Source: a virus (taxonomy: Duplodnaviria; Caudoviricetes). From it: a stretch of DNA of 64,000 nucleotides. Positions 30,863 through 42,298 of the stretch are shown here, piece after piece. The stretch lies in IMG/VR virus record IMGVR_UViG_3300011242_000003, positions 32,001 to 96,000 of that record. One strand, written 5' to 3'. The position numbers and the translations under genes were made by a program. Numbering within the stretch: position 1 is the first letter of the stretch; each line of letters begins with the position of its first letter. The notes beneath the pieces are model-generated. The model saw only the letters and a list, made by a program, of their open reading frames with translations, was not told the DNA's origin and did not search any database.

Positions 30863-32086
30863 GTGATTAAAATAAAAATATCAAGAGTAGAAAGACATAA
30901 TATTTTAAGAGCAAATCCCTTGTGGAATGAATTAGATAGTCTATGTTTTAAATCCAAAAATCTATATAATTATGCTAATTATATAATGCGACAAAGCTTT
31001 ATAAATAAACAGGGTATTATTAAGTATGGTGATTTAACATATCAATTAAAACATAGTGAACCTTTTAAAGACTTAGGAAGTAATTCCTCACAACATGTTT
31101 TAAAAATGTTATGCAGAGATTGGAAATCGTTTATGGAATTGCTAAAGATGTATAATAAGAATCCAAATAGCTTATTAGGAAGACCTAAACTACCACATTA
31201 TAAAAATAAAAATGGTAGACATATATGTATCTTGACTAATTGGCAATCACAAATTAAAGATGGATATTTATTCTTTGCATTTAAACCTTTGAAGCCTTTT
31301 AATAATAAAATTAAAACTAAAACAAAAGGAAAACATATGCAAACTAGAATTATACCTAAAGGTGTTTGTTATATATTAGAGATAGTATATGAAATTGAAG
31401 TACCTGATATAAAAGAAGAATCTAAAAATATTTCTAGTATTGATTTAGGGATAAACAACTTTGTAACTTTATCAAATAATATTGGTGCAAAATCAATTAT
31501 TATTAATGGCAAGGGGATTAAATCTTATAATAAATACTGGAATAAGCAAGTTGCAAAATATAGAGCATTAGCAAAAATTAACAATGCTTTAGATTGGAGT
31601 AAAACTTTAGAAAGGTTATATAATCAAAGATACAATAAAATGGAATATTGGATGCATAAGATAAGTAAAGAAGTTATTAATTATTGCATAGCATTAAATA
31701 TTGATACTTTAGTTGTAGGATTGAATAAAGAGTGGAAACAAGAAAGTAAAATGAATAATATAGTAAATCAAACTTTTATTCAAATTCCATATGATAATTT
31801 AATTAATAAACTAAAGTACAAATGTGAAAATGTAGGGATTAAATTTATAATCACAGAAGAAAGTTATACGAGTGGTACATCATTTTTAGATAATGAATTA
31901 CCAATAAAAGAGAACTATAATAAATCAAGACGAGTTAAAAGAGGTTTATTTAAATCCAATAATGGTATGTTGATAAATGCTGATTTAAATGGCAGTTATC
32001 AGATAATGAAAAAAGTATTTCCAAATGCTTTTACAAATGGGATAGTGGGTGTAGATTTACATCCTGTAGTGATTAATTGTTATTAA
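30863..32086 (+). mobile_element. tnpB: IS200/IS605-family (IS1341-like) TnpB RNA-guided nuclease, no TnpA
   Basis: RuvC motifs SIDLGINN, EESYTS, NADLNGSYQI; right-end-like hairpin AATGGATT/AATCCATT at 32108-32127. Confidence 0.88.
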
Positions 32087-32167
32087 TTTAATAGTTAATG
32101 ATTATAAAATGGATTGAAAAATCCATTAAATTGAGATTTTTATTCGATTTGAAAGGGGTGATTAAAC

Positions 32168-32473
32168 ATGGATGATAAGAAAAAAGTAAAAGAATTTGTG
32201 AATTATATATGTAATTGGATTGAGTATGAATATAAGACTAAAAATAACATAAGATTCAGTTATGATTTAAGAAATGATAGAATGTCCTGCATAATAGCTG
32301 ACAAAGGCATAGAAAAAAGAATGTCTAAAGAATTATATAAAAGATTAAGAATTAATTCCGCAGTCAGCTATATACAAACTGCATCTGTAAATGAGTATCC
32401 TGATGGAGAAATAAAAATTAAATTAATATTAAATGATTGGAGGGATAAAAATAATGTGGGCAGAATTTTGTAA
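32168..32473 (+). CDS. Hypothetical protein
   Basis: GGGGTG RBS. Confidence 0.7.
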   Translation: MDDKKKVKEFVNYICNWIEYEYKTKNNIRFSYDLRNDRMSCIIADKGIEKRMSKELYKRLRINSAVSYIQTASVNEYPDGEIKIKLILNDWRDKNNVGRIL

Positions 32474-32666
32474 TGTATATAGTCCAAATGCTGAAAGAAA
32501 AAGAAAGGAACAAGAAATTTATAATAATACAGCATCCCATCTCAACAAAGCAGTACAGGAATTAAAGAAAATAAATTGTCAATGTACAGAGGATGACTAT
32601 TGTGACAGATGTTGTTTGTTAGATGATGTACAAAGCTTACTATTTGATGTAAATAAAAAAATATAG
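32454..32666 (+). CDS. Small Cys-rich hypothetical protein
   Basis: GGAGG RBS; CxC...CDRCC. Confidence 0.65.
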   Translation: MWAEFCNVYSPNAERKRKEQEIYNNTASHLNKAVQELKKINCQCTEDDYCDRCCLLDDVQSLLFDVNKKI

Positions 32667-32681
32667 AAGGAGAAATTTATA

Positions 32682-32951
32682 ATGGTTAAGTTAAAAGGAA
32701 TAAAAACAGAGGTACAAGACATTATTATAGACGTTGATGACAAAGAATTAATGAGAGCTATAAGAGAAAGAATTGGAGTAGAAGATAATGTTTTAAATGA
32801 TAAGGAAGATGAAATAGGATATTGGAGAGATGAAAGCTCAGAGCGTTCTAATTATTGTAATTGGGTATGGCATAGAGTATCTAAGAATAAAAAGGAAATA
32901 AAAGTATTACAGGCTATAAAAGTTGTTGAAGAATACATAGGAATATTTTAA
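32682..32951 (+). CDS. Hypothetical protein
   Basis: AAGGAG RBS. Confidence 0.7.
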   Translation: MVKLKGIKTEVQDIIIDVDDKELMRAIRERIGVEDNVLNDKEDEIGYWRDESSERSNYCNWVWHRVSKNKKEIKVLQAIKVVEEYIGIF

Positions 32952-33557
32952 AGGAGGAAATACAATGACTAAATTAGAATTAAGTGAAGAAATAGGAGAT
33001 TGTCATATAAGAGCAACATATGATTTAGAACGTTTGGGTAGAAAAGATATTACAAATGTTACGGACTATTGTATTGATGAAGTTATAAGAGAATTAGAGA
33101 AAATGAGAACTTTTGTAAAACAATATAACAGTATAAAGCGATAAGAGGAGGAAATAAAAATGAATGTTAGAAGTAATGTAACTGTAAATATAGAATTAAC
33201 ATTAAATGAAGTAGATGATTTATTATCATTAATTAGATATATAGATGGAGAAAATTTAAACTCGGCTATGTTAAATTTAAAAACTAACATATGTGATAGT
33301 TTACTAGCATATTTAAATAAATATGATGAGGAGTTATAACTCCATTAAAATAAACTTTTTATGAGGTTATTTGTATATGTTATGAAAGGAGTAAAGATAA
33401 GATATGACCAAAACAGAATTAAATGAAGAATGTATAAAACATGGTACTTGTAAAACGTGTCAGTATAAAGAGTGGAAGACTTATGGGGAGTAGGGTTGCT
33501 CTGTTAAGAATGAAGATTTAGAAGAAGAAAATAATTAAAACAAAAGGAGATATAATA

Positions 33558-33857
33558 ATGGGAGTTAAAGAAGGAGTAGATTATACAAGTGATGAAATAC
33601 TAAAAGAAATATATGATTGTGCTATGGATGTATTTTATCATGGAATAGCAGTACCAGATGATTGTCACCCTTGTGGATGGTCATGGATTGATTTTAACAT
33701 AGTAGATGATATATTGACTTATGAATTTGAACAGGATGATATTAATGACAACCTTGGTGATTCTAAATATGTTGGGAATACGTTAAGGGAAATATTAATA
33801 AAAACAGAAGGTAAATTTTTATTTGAAATTAATACATTTGTGAATTGGGAGGGTTAA
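33558..33857 (+). CDS. Hypothetical protein
   Basis: AAGGAG RBS. Confidence 0.7.
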   Translation: MGVKEGVDYTSDEILKEIYDCAMDVFYHGIAVPDDCHPCGWSWIDFNIVDDILTYEFEQDDINDNLGDSKYVGNTLREILIKTEGKFLFEINTFVNWEG

Positions 33858-33858
33858 T

Positions 33859-34086
33859 ATGGAGAACACTAGAAAATGTGAAACCACACCTGTTATAAAA
33901 CCATGTAAGATAAATGAAAAAGAAACAAAGACAAGAATAGTTAAATCTAAGTGTATGGCAGATATGTTAGTATGGTTAGGGTTTGAGTATGAAAAAGGCG
34001 AAGAAGGGTATATTTTTGAGAGAACTTATACGTTTGATAATGCATGGAAAGATATACATTATTTAAGGCAGTGTTATAGAAAATAA
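33859..34086 (+). CDS. Hypothetical protein, paralog of 59237..59410
   Basis: Shares RIVKSKCMADMLVWLGFEYEKGEEGYIFERTY with the second copy. Confidence 0.8.
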   Translation: MENTRKCETTPVIKPCKINEKETKTRIVKSKCMADMLVWLGFEYEKGEEGYIFERTYTFDNAWKDIHYLRQCYRK

Positions 34087-34130
34087 TTATTAATAAATAA
34101 AAATATTAAAATAAGTAAGGGGATATAAAA

Positions 34131-34724
34131 ATGGAGATTAGAAAAGAAGATTTAGAGTTAAGAATTTCAAGAAATGCGATAGAAAGATACAAAAATTATG
34201 TTAAAGGAAACTTTGATGAAGATTACAAACTATTAAAATTAAAACTAAGAAGGAACTGGATATTAGGAAAAACAATAGAATTAACAGAGGAAACGGAAAC
34301 TAGAAACTATGGGAATTTAATATTGGAGAGAAACATTGAAAACAATGTACTTACTAGGCTGTTCAACTCAAGAAAAAAATCAGTGTGTTTTAATGATGAC
34401 ATACAAGAGAGTAAAAAGTATAAAAAAGAAGTTGAGGACATTCTAGGAATTACTAGATTAAAAGGTGAAAATAACGCCGACATTGATGGATGCACATTGA
34501 GTGATAGGGCGTATAGATATTACATAAAAGAAAATGATACATATTTAAGTTATGAACAATTGTTAAAAATAGCTACAAATGTTATTACAGAAGGAATTAA
34601 GCTAAGAAGTTTTAATGATAAGGTTATATATCAACTAGATAATATTAAAGTAACTGTTACATTAAGAGAAGATATCTGTGAGATTACAAATATTATGGGA
34701 TTGGATGGTGAAATTAATGAGTAA
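34131..34724 (+). CDS. Hypothetical protein with two internally similar domains
   Basis: LRISRNAIERY / CTLSDRAYRYY repeats. Confidence 0.7.
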   Translation: MEIRKEDLELRISRNAIERYKNYVKGNFDEDYKLLKLKLRRNWILGKTIELTEETETRNYGNLILERNIENNVLTRLFNSRKKSVCFNDDIQESKKYKKEVEDILGITRLKGENNADIDGCTLSDRAYRYYIKENDTYLSYEQLLKIATNVITEGIKLRSFNDKVIYQLDNIKVTVTLREDICEITNIMGLDGEINE

Positions 34725-35319
34725 AACACAATGTATAATTTTGGTTGGTTGCTCAAGTGTTGGAAAGGATAGGCTGTTATCAGAAGTTTTAAAAGCAAAT
34801 AAAAATATTAAACCAATAATAAGTCATACGTCAAGACCAATACGAGATTGTGAAGTTGATGGACGAGAATATCACTTTGTTGATGATAGAACAATGTTAC
34901 GCATGATAGAGAATGATGAATTTGTAGAAACTAGAAGTTACAGTGTTGCTAATGGTGACACTTGGCATTACGGTATAAGTAAAAATGCAGTAAAAGAAGG
35001 ATGTAATATAACTATTGTAGATTATCAAGGATTAAAGGAGTTTGAGAAATACATAAAATCAATAGATGGTAATATAGTGTCAATATATTTGGATTGTCCT
35101 CTTCAAATAAGGCTACAGAGAAGTTTAAATAGGGAACATAACCTAACAGATGATAAGTGTTTAGAAATCTGTAGGAGGGCTTTAGATGACAATGAGAATG
35201 TGGCTATAGCAAAAAATTATTGTACTGTGTGTTTAAATAATGAAACTGAAGCAAATCTAACTAATAATGTATATTTTATAGATGCGTTAGCTAGAGGTAT
35301 GATGAGAGGTGATAACTAA
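34717..35319 (+). CDS. gmk: Guanylate kinase-like protein
   Basis: GCSSVGKD P-loop, SHTSRP.R..EVDGREYHFV, HYG. Confidence 0.88.
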   Translation: MSKTQCIILVGCSSVGKDRLLSEVLKANKNIKPIISHTSRPIRDCEVDGREYHFVDDRTMLRMIENDEFVETRSYSVANGDTWHYGISKNAVKEGCNITIVDYQGLKEFEKYIKSIDGNIVSIYLDCPLQIRLQRSLNREHNLTDDKCLEICRRALDDNENVAIAKNYCTVCLNNETEANLTNNVYFIDALARGMMRGDN

Positions 35320-35528
35320 TGAAATATTATACTACTTTGGAAATGGTAGCAGAATTGTTTAAAAATCCTAATAAGAAATTTTCTAGGGTCGGAGACAAGG
35401 TCTTTAAAGTTAGCATGACAACTAGAGGATATATAGTACAAACTGTTCATGATTTCTCAATGGAAATGCCCATAGGTTTGTACATACATGAAATATGGGT
35501 AGAAGATACAGAGGAGTGTGAAGAATAA
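35319..35528 (+). CDS. Hypothetical protein
   Basis: GAGGTG RBS; coupled. Confidence 0.65.
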   Translation: MKYYTTLEMVAELFKNPNKKFSRVGDKVFKVSMTTRGYIVQTVHDFSMEMPIGLYIHEIWVEDTEECEE

Positions 35529-35731
35529 ATGATTATAGATTATAAAGATAAGATAAGAGAATTATACAATAATACATATATAGATAAAGAAAGAAAAGAT
35601 AAGATGTTTAATAAATTAACTCAATGGCTACAAAATGATATGGATAAGAATCTTATTTTAGATGATGAAGAGGTGGACGAATAAAATTCAAGTTTTAAAG
35701 GAAATAAAATATTAAATAAGGGGGAGATGCA

Positions 35732-37021
35732 ATGTTTAATAATATAGAATCAGATGGTAAGTTACAATTTTATCCTACGGAGAAATCAGAAACATATAGA
35801 ATATTAGCATTACTTTCTAATAGACCTAGAATTAAAAGTGAGAAAAGAGAAGATTTTATAGAAATATACGGAAAGGATAAATATTATAAATTATTTGATG
35901 AGGTAGGACATGATAAGTTTTATTATAATATATTTGAAGAATTACTTCAAAAGGAGCAACATAATTTAATTGATAAATATATTAAATGTAATTTAGGTTA
36001 TCAAGACAATAATAAAATAGTGGTTGCTGATTTATTTGCAGGAGAAGGTAAATGGTTAAAACTATTTAAACAATTATCAAACTGTGGAATCCTTATTGGA
36101 AATGAATTAGAAGAAAATCGTTATAATACAATGATAGAAGATAATTTAATAGATTATAATTACAACTTAGCATTTGAGGAACTGCAATTACCTAAAAAGA
36201 TTATAAATATAATGTTATTTAATCCTCCTTATGGTATTAGTAACGGAGAAGCAAATGTAAGAAGATATTTAAGAATGACGTTAGAAAGAGATTTGATGGT
36301 TAAAAATGGTATTATTGTAATGGTAATAAAGAAAAGAGATGCTTTATTATGTGCTGATTTAATGGCTAAATATTTTAATTCTGAGTTATTATCATATAAA
36401 GTTCATGAAGAAGAATTTGATAAATGGGGTCAACTTGTAATATATGCAAAATTAAACGATGCTCCATTGGATTTAACAAATGCTACTGATGTTGCTAAAT
36501 ACAAACAAAACAAAGAAATTATAGAGAATATAATAAATGCTGATATGGAATTTGATATAGATTTATATAATTATTTCCACTATCACAATTGGAAAGAAAA
36601 CGATATTAAAAAAGCATTTGAAGATTTTAAATATATTCAGAATAATCAACAGTATATATCAAATATTCATGATAAAGCGTGGAAATGGATATTAAAAGAT
36701 ACAGAAATTAAAGATTTAAGCGAAGAAATAATCACCATTCCTAAAAATCTTAAAAGTGGAGAATTAGCAAATGTTATAGCTAGTGGAAAAATAAACGGTG
36801 AATTATCTTTAGAAAATAATACAGGAAAGCATATAGCTGTCGGTGGTGTAAAGACAGTTAAAACAGAAAGGAATATATTAGTAGATGATAAGAAGTCAGG
36901 GCAACAAGTAAATAAGCTAGAAACGACTATTCAATCTATACCATATTTAAATCTACTAATAAATTACAATGGTAAAATGAAAATTAAAGAACTAAAAGAC
37001 GTTTCAGAAAGTGGGGAGTAA
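35732..37021 (+). CDS. Amino-type DNA methyltransferase (DUF6094-like)
   Basis: QFYPT, DLFAGEG (motif I), FNPPYG (motif IV). Confidence 0.85.
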   Translation: MFNNIESDGKLQFYPTEKSETYRILALLSNRPRIKSEKREDFIEIYGKDKYYKLFDEVGHDKFYYNIFEELLQKEQHNLIDKYIKCNLGYQDNNKIVVADLFAGEGKWLKLFKQLSNCGILIGNELEENRYNTMIEDNLIDYNYNLAFEELQLPKKIINIMLFNPPYGISNGEANVRRYLRMTLERDLMVKNGIIVMVIKKRDALLCADLMAKYFNSELLSYKVHEEEFDKWGQLVIYAKLNDAPLDLTNATDVAKYKQNKEIIENIINADMEFDIDLYNYFHYHNWKENDIKKAFEDFKYIQNNQQYISNIHDKAWKWILKDTEIKDLSEEIITIPKNLKSGELANVIASGKINGELSLENNTGKHIAVGGVKTVKTERNILVDDKKSGQQVNKLETTIQSIPYLNLLINYNGKMKIKELKDVSESGE

Positions 37022-37023
37022 TT

Positions 37024-39579
37024 TTGATACCATATATTAGGAGTTCAGGGAGTAATACAATAACTTGTAATTGTGACCTTGCGATATTAGATGATAGAAA
37101 ATTGGTATTATTATCTTTAGTTGATTATAATATTAGAACCAAAAAGATAATTTCAGATATAATTAAAGAAGGATATTATAGCAATCTTCAACTAGAAGAT
37201 AGAGACGATAACACTTTTGTTAAAGAACTTCGTTATTATGATAAATACAATTTTAAAAGTGACAGAGTGGGGGAATTAACACATACTATTGTAAAAAATA
37301 AAAATATAGATGATTATATTATTGATTGGAATAATAATGGAAAGATTAAATCGGTAGTAAACTATATTAGAAATAAACATTTTTTACCTATAACAGAGGA
37401 AATAGTTGAAAATATCATTGAAAAACAGAGTAAATATCACACTGTGATAGATGAAGTCGATGTATATACTAATAATCCTCATTTTAAAGATGTTAAATGT
37501 TATAAAATCAATATACATAGTTTCAAACAAAAGCTTGAGTGTTTAGATTTACAAGGTAATGATGATAATTTTAATTGGGATGAAATAGAAACAATAGAAG
37601 ATTATATTTTTAGCTTTTTAAATCCTATTAAGTCAAAAATACAACAAACTGTAAAATCATTATATAATAAAAACAATATAACTCAAGGAATATTTAATGG
37701 TGATAAAAAACCATTTGAAGGGCAAATACCTATAATTCAAAGTGGAATAGAAGTATTAAAAAGAGATAAGTTTATATATATGGGTTGTGATATGGGTTGT
37801 GGTAAAACTGTGATGGGTGTAAAGATTAATCATAATTATATTAAAACTAAAAAACAAAATTATACAACATTAGTAGTAGCCCCTGCGATAACATTATCAC
37901 AATGGAAAGAAGAAATTAAATCTAGCACAGATGATAATATTAAAGTTGTTATAATTAGAAAAACTGAAGATTTTATAAAATGGTATAACAATAAAGAAGT
38001 AAATAAAACTCCTACTTATTTGTTAATCGGCAAAGAAACTTTCAAATTAAGCTATGCAAAAGAACCTAATTATATTAAATCAACAAAATACATAGAAAGT
38101 AAAGAACTAGATGATTATTATAAAAGAAATGGATATTATACTTTACGTGATTATATGTATATTACTAAGAAAAGAAAGAAAAATGTATTAACTTGTCCTG
38201 ACTGTGGAAAAGCCCTATCAAACCCTAACAGAACCACAGAAGATGTATTCTTTGAAGAAAAGGATTTTAAGAAACCGAATAAGGGAAATTATAAATGTAC
38301 TCATTGTGGATGTGTTTTATGGTCGGCTATTTATAATAAAACAAAGAAAACGAGTGTTATTGATTTTATTCATAGAAAAGGAATTATATTTGATAGTGTT
38401 ATATGTGATGAAATGCATGAGTCTAATAATTCGTCATCTATTATAGGAGCATCCATAAGAACTCTTATAAGAAATCACGCTAAAAAAGTTATAGCATTGA
38501 GTGGAACTTCTAACAATGGCTATGCTTCAAGCCTACATAATTTTTTAATGGGGGTATGTCCTAGAAAATTAAAGTCAGATGAATGTTTAGATGTTAAAGA
38601 TTTTGTTCAAAAATATGGCACTTTACAGGCAGTAACTAATATTAATGATGAAAAAAGAAGTTATTATAGCAGAGGAAAATCTGAAATAAAAGATAGTGAT
38701 TTTAAAGAAATAGAAGGTATAAACCCAGTAGTATTTACAAAATATTTGGCAAGTAATTTTATTTTTGCTACATTAGATGACTTAAGTGAGAATTTACCAC
38801 CATTAAAGGAAGAGTATATTTCAATAAAGCCTACAATCAATCAAAAGAATGGCGAGTTTAAATTATTTGAAGATATAAAAAAACAAAATAGTTTTAATGC
38901 AAAAATGTATGTTGATAGTATAATAAAGCATTACATCAACAATCCTTTTGAGTGGAAAAGTATTCCTATAACAAACAATGAAGGAATGGAAGTTGATATT
39001 CAGCCTAGTAATTTATGCCTAGACATCCTACCTAAAGAAGAAAAACTAATAGAGTTGGTTAAAAAAGAATATTCTGAGGGAAGAAAAGTTTGGATATATA
39101 CAGAATTTAACAATGGTGGAGAATATATGAATGGAGAGAAACTACCTAATAGATTAGAGAGTATATTAAAAAACCAAGGATTAAAAGTATTTCAACTAAA
39201 AGCAAGTGTAAGTACATATGATAGAAAAGATATATTAGAAAAGAATAAAGATAAATATGATGTGTTTATCAGTAATCCTAGAATAGTTAATGTAGGTATT
39301 AACCTTCAATTTTGCCCTACTTATATATTCTATATGCCTAGTTATATGGTTAATATAGTTTCTCAGGCAAGTAAAAGGGGATATAGAATTAATAGTACCT
39401 TAGAAAATAGAATATACCATATGTATTATAAGGATACATGGGAAGACATTATTATAAAAAGATTCCAGAGAAAACTTGCAGAAAGTAAAGCTATCAATGG
39501 ACAATTTGAGGTGGTTTTAGAAAACGATGAGATTAGAACGGCATCTCAATTTAGCAGTAAATTAAAAGTTAGTATATAA
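37024..39579 (+). CDS. SNF2-family helicase with Zn-finger insertion
   Basis: DMGCGKT, CDEMHE, LSGT, GINL, QASKRGYRIN; CPDC...CTHC insert. Confidence 0.88.
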   Translation: MIPYIRSSGSNTITCNCDLAILDDRKLVLLSLVDYNIRTKKIISDIIKEGYYSNLQLEDRDDNTFVKELRYYDKYNFKSDRVGELTHTIVKNKNIDDYIIDWNNNGKIKSVVNYIRNKHFLPITEEIVENIIEKQSKYHTVIDEVDVYTNNPHFKDVKCYKINIHSFKQKLECLDLQGNDDNFNWDEIETIEDYIFSFLNPIKSKIQQTVKSLYNKNNITQGIFNGDKKPFEGQIPIIQSGIEVLKRDKFIYMGCDMGCGKTVMGVKINHNYIKTKKQNYTTLVVAPAITLSQWKEEIKSSTDDNIKVVIIRKTEDFIKWYNNKEVNKTPTYLLIGKETFKLSYAKEPNYIKSTKYIESKELDDYYKRNGYYTLRDYMYITKKRKKNVLTCPDCGKALSNPNRTTEDVFFEEKDFKKPNKGNYKCTHCGCVLWSAIYNKTKKTSVIDFIHRKGIIFDSVICDEMHESNNSSSIIGASIRTLIRNHAKKVIALSGTSNNGYASSLHNFLMGVCPRKLKSDECLDVKDFVQKYGTLQAVTNINDEKRSYYSRGKSEIKDSDFKEIEGINPVVFTKYLASNFIFATLDDLSENLPPLKEEYISIKPTINQKNGEFKLFEDIKKQNSFNAKMYVDSIIKHYINNPFEWKSIPITNNEGMEVDIQPSNLCLDILPKEEKLIELVKKEYSEGRKVWIYTEFNNGGEYMNGEKLPNRLESILKNQGLKVFQLKASVSTYDRKDILEKNKDKYDVFISNPRIVNVGINLQFCPTYIFYMPSYMVNIVSQASKRGYRINSTLENRIYHMYYKDTWEDIIIKRFQRKLAESKAINGQFEVVLENDEIRTASQFSSKLKVSI

Positions 39580-39817
39580 ATAAATTAACAACTTTAAATG
39601 AAATAAAATATTAAAACTAAATAGCATAACTTATAATTCCTTTGCATATAATATCTATGTAAAGGAATTATTTATTTTTAATTTAAGTGAAATAATATAT
39701 TAAATTTACTTGACTTTAAGTGTGTACAGTATTATACTAATATTAACAGATAATAAATGACTAGAAAATGTGTAAATGGTATAATAAAATGATACTTAAA
39801 TCAAAGGAGAGATATTT

Positions 39818-40036
39818 ATGGGAAATGTAAGGACTTGTATACGTGGTAGAATTAACGATTCAGGAACTTGTGATTGTGACCTTCATTTTAGTGATTTAAA
39901 AATTGACTATGCCAACTATCAAGAATGTTGGGATTGTGAAGATTACGAATCTTGGGATGATGATTTATTTGAAGATGAAGACGAGCATGATGCAAATGAA
40001 GAACTTGGAGAAGAAGATACTTATTTTGAGAATTAA
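39818..40036 (+). CDS. Small Cys/acidic hypothetical protein
   Basis: AAGGAG RBS; promoter TTGACT at 39710. Confidence 0.65.
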   Translation: MGNVRTCIRGRINDSGTCDCDLHFSDLKIDYANYQECWDCEDYESWDDDLFEDEDEHDANEELGEEDTYFEN

Positions 40037-40108
40037 TAATAAAGGGGAGTAATCCCCTGTGTACATATAAATCTTATCTTTTAATTGGTAATATAAGGAG
40101 GATGGGAA

Positions 40109-40650
40109 ATGAAATATAAAGATGTAATAATTCCCTTTGTTGAAAAAGGTGATTATGAGGTTAATATAGGATTAAATTATTTAGAAACCGTATTAAAAGA
40201 ATATGAAGAGGATTATGGATTAGAATTAAATCCTGATTTTCAGAGAGGGCATGTATGGACAGAAGAACAGCAAACAGCATATATGGAATTCTTTTTAAGA
40301 GATGGTGTTACTGCTAGAGTTATTTATTTTAATTGCCCATATTTTATGAATGGTTCAATTGATGATTATAATAATGGGAAATATGAAATGCCTATGCAAT
40401 GTGTAGATGGATTACAAAGATTAACTTCTATAAGAAGATTTTTAAATAATGAAATTCCTGTATTTGGATATTATTTAAATGATTTTGAGGATAAAGATAA
40501 GCTATTAAAAAAATGGGACTTAGATTCAATGTTAATAATCTTAAAACTAGAAAAGAAGTCTTAAGGTGGTATTTGGACTTTAATGCTGGTGGTACGGTTC
40601 ACAGCAAAGAAGAGATAGATAGAGTTAAAAAACTATTAGAAGAATGTTAG
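40109..40650 (+). pseudogene. DUF262 (ParB-like) protein split by a -1 frameshift in an A7 tract
   Basis: LNPDFQRGHVW and VDGLQRL in frame 0; the -1 frame from about 40513 reads MGLRFNVNNLKTRKEVLRWYLDFNAGGTVHSKEE to TAG at 40650. Confidence 0.7.
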
Positions 40651-40662
40651 GAGGAATAGTAA

Positions 40663-41055
40663 ATGAGTAGAAATTTAAAATTAACAGTAGGACAAAAAGT
40701 AGCTGTAAAAATAGAAGACAATAGCAACGCATCAAGATATGTAGATATGAGTTTGGAGAATATGGATAAATGGTGTTTTGAAGGAGAAGTTACAAAAGTC
40801 GGAAGAAAATATATAACTGTAAAATTTATGACATATAAGGAAGAACAATTTTCTATAGAGGATAACTATAGGCAAAAATATACTTGGGGTGGTGCAGATT
40901 ATAAATTGTATTTATCAAAAGAAGAAGCTATAGAAGAAATAGAGGCGGAAATATTTTACCGTCAGGTTAAATATGAATTTGATTCATACAAAAACAATTC
41001 AAAGTTTACATTAGACCAATTAAAAAGAATTAAGAATATTATTAAGGAGGAATAG
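40663..41055 (+). CDS. SH3-like beta-barrel phage protein
   Basis: LTVGQKV...EGEVTKVGRKYITV. Confidence 0.7.
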   Translation: MSRNLKLTVGQKVAVKIEDNSNASRYVDMSLENMDKWCFEGEVTKVGRKYITVKFMTYKEEQFSIEDNYRQKYTWGGADYKLYLSKEEAIEEIEAEIFYRQVKYEFDSYKNNSKFTLDQLKRIKNIIKEE

Positions 41056-41238
41056 AATATGAATAATAAAATATTATTAACATACACCCACATAAAAGGT
41101 TATGATACGTACGATTGGTTTGACTCAATAGATGAGGTTAATGAATTTGTTATGACTTCTAGTATAGTTCAAGCATTAATAGAATGTGTTGACTGTTCAT
41201 TAGCTAAATCAATACCATTAGAAGGGTTGGGAGATTAG

Positions 41239-41439
41239 ATGGAGAAGATTTTTAGATACCACAGAATATATTCATACGGAGAGTTAGAAGATAATTATTT
41301 AATAAAGGCAAATTCAAAACAAGAAGCAATTAATAAATTATATAACTTAAGAGTTAAATCGGGTATGTATAAACCAGAAGTCAAAGAAGAGTATATGATT
41401 GAAGTTAATTTTAACAAAGATATTGCCGATTTATGGTAA
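41239..41439 (+). CDS. Hypothetical protein
   Basis: GGGAG RBS. Confidence 0.65.
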   Translation: MEKIFRYHRIYSYGELEDNYLIKANSKQEAINKLYNLRVKSGMYKPEVKEEYMIEVNFNKDIADLW

Positions 41440-41469
41440 TAACCAATAAATTCTAAATTTTAAGAGGAA

Positions 41470-41721
41470 GTGATAATAATGAACGTTTATGTATTATATG
41501 GAAATGATATGTTCGACAAAGAAGGTAATTGTAGTGTGGATAAAGAGTATATAGCTAGTAATGAGAGTTATTCTAATGAACGATTTAAAGAAATATGTGC
41601 TAGAGCAAAAGAAAATTGCAAGAAGAAGTACAATGAAGTATCTTTATATTATATGGTTGAAATTTTAATTAATTTATATGGATTTGAAAAGATTAATATT
41701 AGGAGTGGATATGAATTATAA
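41470..41721 (+). CDS. Hypothetical protein
   Basis: GAGG RBS. Confidence 0.65.
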   Translation: MIIMNVYVLYGNDMFDKEGNCSVDKEYIASNESYSNERFKEICARAKENCKKKYNEVSLYYMVEILINLYGFEKINIRSGYEL

Positions 41722-42032
41722 ACAAGATAATGTGATTACAGTAGCCGATAAGAGGGAATTCTTGTTTAAACTTACTGGTGACTGGAATTCGTTTGTTTTA
41801 AATGAAGAAGAAGTTAATATGATATTTAATATAATTGATAATAAGACTAAAAGAGAGGTGAAATAAAGATGGAATGGTATAATGATTGTGAATATAAATG
41901 TGATGACTGTGAAGTAACTTTTAAAGCTTATTGTACTGAAGATGTTAGGGATGTTAGTTTTTGTCCATATTGTGCCAGTAGAAATATAGAACCTATTGAC
42001 GAAAGAGAAGAATAAATAAATTAATAAGGAAA

Positions 42033-42221
42033 GTGATTAATATGAAAGTTGAATTAGAAAAGAATGGCTACTGCAATTTTTGTGGTGAGCAAAATAACAA
42101 TGAAGCAATTACACCTAAAAATGTTTTATATTTTAAAAGAGGACTAAGTGGTGGATTGGGTGCTACTATATGTAAAGAATGTTTAAAAGAACTAGTATTA
42201 AAAGGCGAAGAATTATTATAA
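42033..42221 (+). CDS. Small Zn-finger protein (ClpX-C4-like)
   Basis: CNFC...ICKEC. Confidence 0.6.
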   Translation: MINMKVELEKNGYCNFCGEQNNNEAITPKNVLYFKRGLSGGLGATICKECLKELVLKGEELL

Positions 42222-42298
42222 AATATGTAATTTAAAGGATATGAAATCCAATATATGTACAAAATAACAAATGATAAAATATAATATAATGAGAAAGG

